In this document: positions 58,337-64,000 of the stretch, piece after piece
Numbering within the stretch: position 1 is the stretch's first letter
How the letters are laid out: each line of letters starts with the position of its first letter
NCBI GenBank assembly: GCA_040755995.1
Contig: JBFMAF010000041.1
Location: forward strand, 32,001-96,000
Length of the DNA stretch: 64,000 nucleotides
DNA from: Acidobacteriota bacterium
GTDB taxonomy: Bacteria > Acidobacteriota > CAIWXX01
Reading direction: 5' to 3'
Made by a program: the position numbers and the translations under genes
The notes under the pieces: generated by a model
Database searches by the model: none
Seen by the model: the letters and a program-made list of their open reading frames with translations, nothing else
What the model was told of the DNA's origin: nothing

Positions 58337-61090
58337 ATGGAGACACTCATCGATCAGGATGCGTTCCCCAGTGGCCCGCTGCGAGAGCGAGTCAAGGAGC
58401 TCAAATGCCTCCACGGAGTGATCGAGCTGACCGAGCGAACGGAGCTCTCCCGCGAGCAGATCCTTCAGGGCATCGTCGATCTCATCCCTGAGGGGTGGCA
58501 GTATCCGGAGGTATGCCGGGCCCGCGTGACGCTCCGTGATGTCTCCTTCAACACCGCCGGCTTCACCCTCACCCCCTGGCTCCAGCGCGCCTCGCTCAAG
58601 GTCAACGGCACGCCGATCGGCACGCTCGAGGTCTGCTATCTCGAGAACCGGTCTGCCCATCGAGACGACCCGTTTCTCCTGGAAGAGAAGAAGCTGATCG
58701 AGCTCATCGGCAAGAAGCTCAGCCGCCGCATCGAGGAATGGGAGATCGGGCCCGCGCCGCGCCCTCCGAGCCAGAAGGAGTTGGCCGCGCTCAGGCCCGA
58801 GTGGCAGATCGTGCTCGATCTTCTGAAAGAAACCGACAGTGTTCTGTACAAGCGCATCCTCCGCAGGCTCATGAACCACCTGGACCGCAACGGCGTGCCG
58901 GGCGTCCAGGGCCTCGTGCTCCAGTTCAACCCCGCCTACCAGGAAGATGATTCCGGAGCGCGAGGCGACAACCAGCCTTTGCCGAAACGCGATGTGCTGA
59001 CGCTGGAGAAGGTGTTCGATGAGGCCATCTGGATCGCCTCAATTGCGATGCCCGACGACGAGATGTCGGCGCTGATCAAGAAATGGATGCGACAGGACAA
59101 GTTCGCGTACCTCATCTTTGCAACCGACAAGCGCGACATTTCGAGAACAGAAATATCCGACATCCTTGGCCGGTTCTGCCGTGCCACGCGGCCCGATGAA
59201 CAGTCTCTGTCGTCCTCGGGAGACCTCAATGTCCGCGTCGCCCTCATACGGCGATTTCTGAGCGAGCGGCTCTCGTTCATCCGGATCGCCAAGGAGTACA
59301 TGACGATCCACGACTTCGGACGGATCTTGAGCCAGGTCCTCGGACCCACACAGGGCACCGGCAAGCTCGGCGGCAAGGCCGCCGGGCTGGTGCTCGCCGA
59401 GCATGTGCTTCGCGACCGGGTCAGGGGCAACCATATCGCAGGGAAGTTCCGGGTCCCTCAGACACGGTTCATTACTTCGGACGGACTGATGGATTTCATA
59501 CACAACAACTACCTCGAGGATATGCTCGGCTTCAAGTTCTCGGGCATCGAGGAAATCCGGCACAATTTCCCGTATATCGAACAGCTGTTCAAACACTCCC
59601 ATCCGTCCCCTGAGATCGTCAGCCAGCTGAAAGTTGCGATCGAGGAGCTGGGCGAGGGTCCTCTGATTGTGCGGTCCTCCAGCCTGCTGGAGGACAGCGA
59701 GGGCTCGGCGTTCTCCGGCAAGTACCGCAGCCTGTTCCTGCCCAACATCGGAACTCGCGACGAACGCCTGGCGGCGCTCACCGATGCCATCGCGGAGGTG
59801 TACGCGTCGATTTTCGGTCCCGACGCCATCCAGTATCGCGCCGAGCGCGGTCTGTTGGACTACATGGAGGAGATGGGCATTCTGATCCAGCGGGTTGTCG
59901 GAAGGCGAGTTGGCAAGTACTTCTTCCCGGCGTTCGCCGGTGTGTCCTTCAGCACGAATGAATTCCGCTGGTCGCCGCGTGTGCGCCGCGAAGACGGCGT
60001 GCTTAGAATCGTCACCGGACTGGGGACTCGCGCTGTTGACAGGGTTGGCGACGACTACCCGGTGCTGATCAGCCCGGGGCAGCCGGGCATCCGCGTGAAC
60101 GTCACGCCCCAGCAGGTCGTGCACTACGCGCAGAAGAACATCGACCTGATCAATCTCGAGAGCGGCCGCTTCGAGACGCACAGCATCGATGAGATTCTCA
60201 AGGAGGTCGGCGACCAGTTCCCGTGTTGGGATTGGGTCATGTCGGTCTATGACGGCACAACCGTGCGGAAGCCCAGCCGCGCGATGGTGCATCCGGGACG
60301 CGATCCGATGGTGGTGACGTTCGCCGGGCTGATCGAGAACACTCCGTTTCTGAAGCAGCTGAAGGAGATCATGCGAATCCTGCGGGAGGCCATGGGATAC
60401 CCTGTGGACGTGGAATTCGCGCACGACGGCGCCGATCTCCACATCCTGCAGTGCAGGCCGCAGAGCCGGGCCGAGGATGAACAGCGAGTGACCATCCCGC
60501 AGTGGATTCCGGAAAAACGGAAGCTATTCTCCGCGCACAAGTACGTCACGAACGCGCATGTCAGGGATATCAAGACGATTGTGTACGTCGACGCTGCCAG
60601 GTACGCACAGCTCGCGTCGCTCGGCGACATGGTGGCTGTCGGCGATGCTGTGAGCCGGCTCAACTCCATGCTCCCCCGCCGCTCGTTCATCCTCATCGGG
60701 CCGGGGCGCTGGGGCAGCCGCGGGGACATCCGGCTTGGAGTCCGCGTCACCTACTCGGACATCAACAACGCCGCCATGCTCATCGAGGTCGCCCGAAAGG
60801 TTGGCAACTACGTCCCGGATCTGTCGTTCGGCACTCACTTCTTTCAAGATCTGGTGGAAGCGCGCATCCGGTATCTGGCCTTGTACCCGGATGAAGAAGG
60901 GGCCGTTTTCGCCGAGCAGTTCTTCCATAAGGCGCCCAGCGTCCTGACAGAGCTGTTGCCCGAATACGAGTACCTGGCGGATGTCGTGCGAGTCATCGAC
61001 GTGCCGGCAGCCACCGGCGGTTGCGAACTGAACGTGGTGATGGACGGCGAGGGTGAACAGGCGCTGGCCTATCTGGTCGAGAAACACTGA
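58337..61090 (+). CDS. PPDK_N/PEP-synthase-like ATP-grasp protein with N-terminal GAF-like sensor domain
   Basis: GGKAAG, VRSSSLLED, FSGKY, GLGT, VDVEFA, LQCRP, GPGRWGS, SFGTHFFQDL; no His-phosphocarrier or pyruvate-binding domain recognised. Confidence 0.85.
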   Translation: METLIDQDAFPSGPLRERVKELKCLHGVIELTERTELSREQILQGIVDLIPEGWQYPEVCRARVTLRDVSFNTAGFTLTPWLQRASLKVNGTPIGTLEVCYLENRSAHRDDPFLLEEKKLIELIGKKLSRRIEEWEIGPAPRPPSQKELAALRPEWQIVLDLLKETDSVLYKRILRRLMNHLDRNGVPGVQGLVLQFNPAYQEDDSGARGDNQPLPKRDVLTLEKVFDEAIWIASIAMPDDEMSALIKKWMRQDKFAYLIFATDKRDISRTEISDILGRFCRATRPDEQSLSSSGDLNVRVALIRRFLSERLSFIRIAKEYMTIHDFGRILSQVLGPTQGTGKLGGKAAGLVLAEHVLRDRVRGNHIAGKFRVPQTRFITSDGLMDFIHNNYLEDMLGFKFSGIEEIRHNFPYIEQLFKHSHPSPEIVSQLKVAIEELGEGPLIVRSSSLLEDSEGSAFSGKYRSLFLPNIGTRDERLAALTDAIAEVYASIFGPDAIQYRAERGLLDYMEEMGILIQRVVGRRVGKYFFPAFAGVSFSTNEFRWSPRVRREDGVLRIVTGLGTRAVDRVGDDYPVLISPGQPGIRVNVTPQQVVHYAQKNIDLINLESGRFETHSIDEILKEVGDQFPCWDWVMSVYDGTTVRKPSRAMVHPGRDPMVVTFAGLIENTPFLKQLKEIMRILREAMGYPVDVEFAHDGADLHILQCRPQSRAEDEQRVTIPQWIPEKRKLFSAHKYVTNAHVRDIKTIVYVDAARYAQLASLGDMVAVGDAVSRLNSMLPRRSFILIGPGRWGSRGDIRLGVRVTYSDINNAAMLIEVARKVGNYVPDLSFGTHFFQDLVEARIRYLALYPDEEGAVFAEQFFHKAPSVLTELLPEYEYLADVVRVIDVPAATGGCELNVVMDGEGEQALAYLVEKH

Positions 61091-61117
61091 CGACGCTTTA
61101 CCACCTTCATTTCTCAA

Positions 61118-61161
61118 CGTGATCGTGAACGTGGACGTGAATGTCGACGTCGACGTTCACG
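61118..61161. repeat. degenerate hexamer repeat (CGTGRA/CGTCGA) forming a palindrome
   Basis: CGTGAT CGTGAA CGTGGA CGTGAA TGTCGA CGTCGA CGTTCA CG. Confidence 0.75.
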
Positions 61162-61204
61162 GCCCCGATGATGGATCCGCAGGACACCGGTCCCACCGCT
61201 GTAC

Positions 61205-61233
61205 TTGACACTCCGGGGGGGTCAACCTATATT
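61205..61233 (+). promoter_or_regulatory. sigma70-type promoter for the BFN gene
   Basis: TTGACA-17 nt-TATATT, with TTGAC-N11-GTCAA palindrome overlapping the -35 box. Confidence 0.65.
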
Positions 61234-61258
61234 TGGTACATCAGGTTGGGAGAGCGAC

Positions 61259-61744
61259 ATGGAAATCGAGATGAAGATCAAGGGCCTCATGATAGATCCG
61301 ATCACAAACATGCCCATCGTGATCCTGCGCGAAAAGGAAGGCAACAAGGTCCTCCCTATCTGGGTGGGGATTTTCGAGGCCAATGCGATTGCTCTTCAGA
61401 TCGAGAACATCCAGACACCGAGACCGATGACCCACGACCTTCTGAAGAACGTCATCGTCGACATGAAGGCGTCCGTCAGCAAGATAGTAGTGAATCAGCT
61501 GCGGGAGAACACATTCTACGCGCTGATCTTTCTGGAATACAACGGCGAGCTCATTCGGATCGACGCTCGCCCATCCGATGCCATCGCTCTCGCGCTGCGC
61601 ACTGAATCTCCGATATACGTCGAGGACGAGGTCATCGCAACTGCCAAGACCGCGGACATGGACCAGGAATCAAGCGAGACGGAACGCCTGCAGAAGTGGC
61701 TTGAGAACCTGGACCCGCAGGAGATGGGCAAGTACAAGATGTAG
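61259..61744 (+). CDS. bifunctional nuclease (DUF151) family protein
   Basis: LPIWVGIFEA, RPMTHDL, DARPSDAIALA. Confidence 0.93.
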   Translation: MEIEMKIKGLMIDPITNMPIVILREKEGNKVLPIWVGIFEANAIALQIENIQTPRPMTHDLLKNVIVDMKASVSKIVVNQLRENTFYALIFLEYNGELIRIDARPSDAIALALRTESPIYVEDEVIATAKTADMDQESSETERLQKWLENLDPQEMGKYKM

Positions 61745-61948
61745 TCACGGCGGGCCGCCGGCCGAGAGATGTCGTTGGGCTGCCTGGGCACCGGCCGCGC
61801 GATCTGCCTGATCGGTGTGGTCTGGCGGATGCCGGCCAGCGGTCTGATGGGGATGGCGACCCACCAAGGGCAAACGATCACACTGCGCATCCGCGCATCC
61901 GCCGGACTGTTGCGCGACGGCACCGAATCGCGGTATAGTTCTGCCGTC

Positions 61949-62704
61949 GTGATTATCAGCATCGCGAACCAGAAGGGCGGGGTTGGGAAGACGACGACGG
62001 CGGTGAATCTGGTCGCGGCCCTGGCATTCAAGGGGCATCGCAGTCTGCTCGTAGACATGGACCCGCAGTCCAACAGCACGATGAGTTTCGTCGATCCGCA
62101 GACCGTCGAGCGTTCCATGTATGACGTCCTGGTGGACAAGCAGTGCACGATGGAGCAGGTGATCAGGCCCACGACCGTCCTCGGGCTCGACATCGCGCCG
62201 TCGAGGATTTCGATGGCGAAACTGGAGACGAAGCTCCTGGGAGAGGTCGACGGCCACTATAGGTTGAAGGACCGGCTCGACGAGGTCCGGCAGCGGTATT
62301 CGTTTGTAGTAATCGACACACCGCCGACACTCGGCCTGATCACCGTCAACGCCCTCGTGGCCGCGACGCACCTGCTCATTCCCATCCAGTCCTCGTACTT
62401 CGCGCTCGAAGGCACTGACGACCTGCTCGAGACTGTGGACAAGGTGAAGTCGCGCCCCAATCCAGGATTGAAGATCCTGGGCGTGCTCGTAACTCTGCAC
62501 GACAGGCGTACTGCGATCGCGCGCGACAGCCTGGCCGCCATTCGCAATCTCTTCGGCGACAAGGTATTCAAGACGGTGATCACGAAGAGCGTGCGGCTGG
62601 AAGAGAGCCCTGCATACAAGGAAACCATTTTCACGTACGCACCGGACTCGTCGGGGGCCGTGGAGTACGATCAACTCACCGAGGAGATACTGAGCTGTGC
62701 TTAA
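61949..62704 (+). CDS. parA: ParA/Soj ATPase
   Basis: NQKGGVGKTT, DMDPQSN, IDTPP. Confidence 0.95.
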   Translation: MIISIANQKGGVGKTTTAVNLVAALAFKGHRSLLVDMDPQSNSTMSFVDPQTVERSMYDVLVDKQCTMEQVIRPTTVLGLDIAPSRISMAKLETKLLGEVDGHYRLKDRLDEVRQRYSFVVIDTPPTLGLITVNALVAATHLLIPIQSSYFALEGTDDLLETVDKVKSRPNPGLKILGVLVTLHDRRTAIARDSLAAIRNLFGDKVFKTVITKSVRLEESPAYKETIFTYAPDSSGAVEYDQLTEEILSCA

Positions 62705-63560
62705 GAAGGCGGGATTGCCGACTCACCTGCGCTTGCGCCACGATTTCCATTTCGTGGAGGAACTGACAAAGAAGGGGCCCGCTCTGGTTGCACGTATGCT
62801 CCCGATCGACAGAATTGATCCCAACCCGAAACAGCCCCGCTATGAGATCGGGGACATATCCGAGCTGACCCTGTCGATCAAAGAGAAGGGGATCATCGAG
62901 CCCCTGGTCGTGCGTTACGTGGAGGGGCGCTATCAGCTGATCTCCGGAGAACGTCGCTATCGGGCGGCGATCGAGGCGGGGTTGTCGGAAGTCCCGTGTG
63001 TCGAACGGGAGGCGGATGATCGCGAGGCCCTGGAACTGGCCCTGGTCGAGAACCTCCAGCGCAAGGACCTGACCCCGTTCGAGGAAGCCGACGGGTTCAG
63101 GACTTTGTGCGATCAGTTCGGCCACACACACGCAGACGTGGCGCGAAGCATCGGCAAGGCGCGTAATTCGGTGACGGAGACGATCCGGTTGAGCGATGTC
63201 CCGGAGCACATCAGGGAGCTATGTCGGCGCGCCGACATCACCGCTCGCTCCGCGCTGCTCCAGATAGCCAAGTGCACTACGCAGGAAGAGATGGCTGCGC
63301 TGATCCATCGCACAGCCAGCCAGCGTCTCACGCGTGACGGCATACGCGAGCTCAGAAGAGACCCCGCGCGGAAGTGGGGCTTCACCTATCATTTCAAGAC
63401 GGACGACGGCAAGTTCTCGTGCCAGATCCGGTACAAGAAAGAGGGCGCGACGAAGGAAGAGGTGATCGCCCGCCTTCGGGAGTTGCTCGCGAGCATCGAG
63501 TCCGGCGAGGTCCGGCTCGCGGCCGAGCAGGGCGCACTGTTCGGAGAGACAGAGGAGTGA
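62697..63560 (+). CDS. parB: ParB/Spo0J family protein
   Basis: NPKQPR, SGERRYRA, ENLQRKDL, HTH. Confidence 0.95.
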   Translation: MLKKAGLPTHLRLRHDFHFVEELTKKGPALVARMLPIDRIDPNPKQPRYEIGDISELTLSIKEKGIIEPLVVRYVEGRYQLISGERRYRAAIEAGLSEVPCVEREADDREALELALVENLQRKDLTPFEEADGFRTLCDQFGHTHADVARSIGKARNSVTETIRLSDVPEHIRELCRRADITARSALLQIAKCTTQEEMAALIHRTASQRLTRDGIRELRRDPARKWGFTYHFKTDDGKFSCQIRYKKEGATKEEVIARLRELLASIESGEVRLAAEQGALFGETEE

Positions 63561-63600
63561 GTGGAAGCGGGCGTGCCCGCATGAAGATTGAGTAGGCGAG

Positions 63601-64000
63601 ATGGGATTGCTCGGCAAGATCTTTGGAGCAAACAAGAAGACCACACGGCCGGCAGCGCCGCGGAAGGCTCAGCCCCTGAGCCTGTCGCGCTTGTCCCCCT
63701 CGGAGGCGCGGCTGCAGGAGCTCCTGGAGAAGACTCCGAAGGCTCGCGCCAGAGCAGCCAAGAGCCCGTCGCCATCGGCGCCGGCGGCGCCTCCTCCGGC
63801 GCAAGCCGCGCACTCTGCGATCTCAGCTCTCTTCACCGACAGCTCCACGGACCACCTCAGCCGCTACGTGGGTGCCGGCGCGGTCTTCGAGAGAGAGCTG
63901 CGCGAGATCCAGGCAAATCTGATCGAGCTGGATGATCGCGAGCTCGACGGCCGCATCACCCAGGTCATCGAGCGCCTGCAGGCATGCTGTGGCCCCGGAG
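63601..64000 (+). CDS. hypothetical protein, 3' truncated by window edge
   Basis: manual translation MGLLGKIFGANKK... is open to the end of the window; not in the ORF track. Confidence 0.55.
   Translation, partial: MGLLGKIFGANKKTTRPAAPRKAQPLSLSRLSPSEARLQELLEKTPKARARAAKSPSPSAPAAPPPAQAAHSAISALFTDSSTDHLSRYVGAGAVFERELREIQANLIELDDRELDGRITQVIERLQACCGPG

Overview
GC-rich bacterial chromosomal segment, probably from an anaerobic, peptide-degrading Acidobacteriota-like organism. This is inferred from an acidobacterial-type VWA protein, a short GreA, a tungsten-type aldehyde:ferredoxin oxidoreductase, Glu dehydrogenase, PEPCK and several peptidases. Housekeeping blocks are ileS-lspA-lgt-rluD, nfi, greA-lepB-miaB and BFN-parA-parB. 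They are interleaved with secreted proteins: tricorn protease, an M12B metalloprotease, an FGE-domain protein, alpha-2-macroglobulin, a DUF1566 protein and two tandem aromatic-rich paralogs. The window carries many toxin-antitoxin (TA) genes. At 22.7-24.9 kb, three different toxin-family genes (nucleotidyltransferase, MazF, VapC) survive only as 3' fragments on one strand, each behind a palindrome, and one of those palindromes looks like a degenerate integron attC site. Other signals are a DUF1566 gene with a 3' end resembling a diversity-generating retroelement (DGR) variable region, further attC-like relics, a basic C-terminal IPT/TIG tail shared by unrelated secreted proteins, a GDH-linked ATP-grasp protein lacking the PPDK phosphotransfer domains, intergenic 6-8-mer repeats and many apparently leaderless genes. 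No rRNA, tRNA, CRISPR array, integrase, transposase or reverse transcriptase was recognised. All calls are by eye from motifs; no database searches were run.
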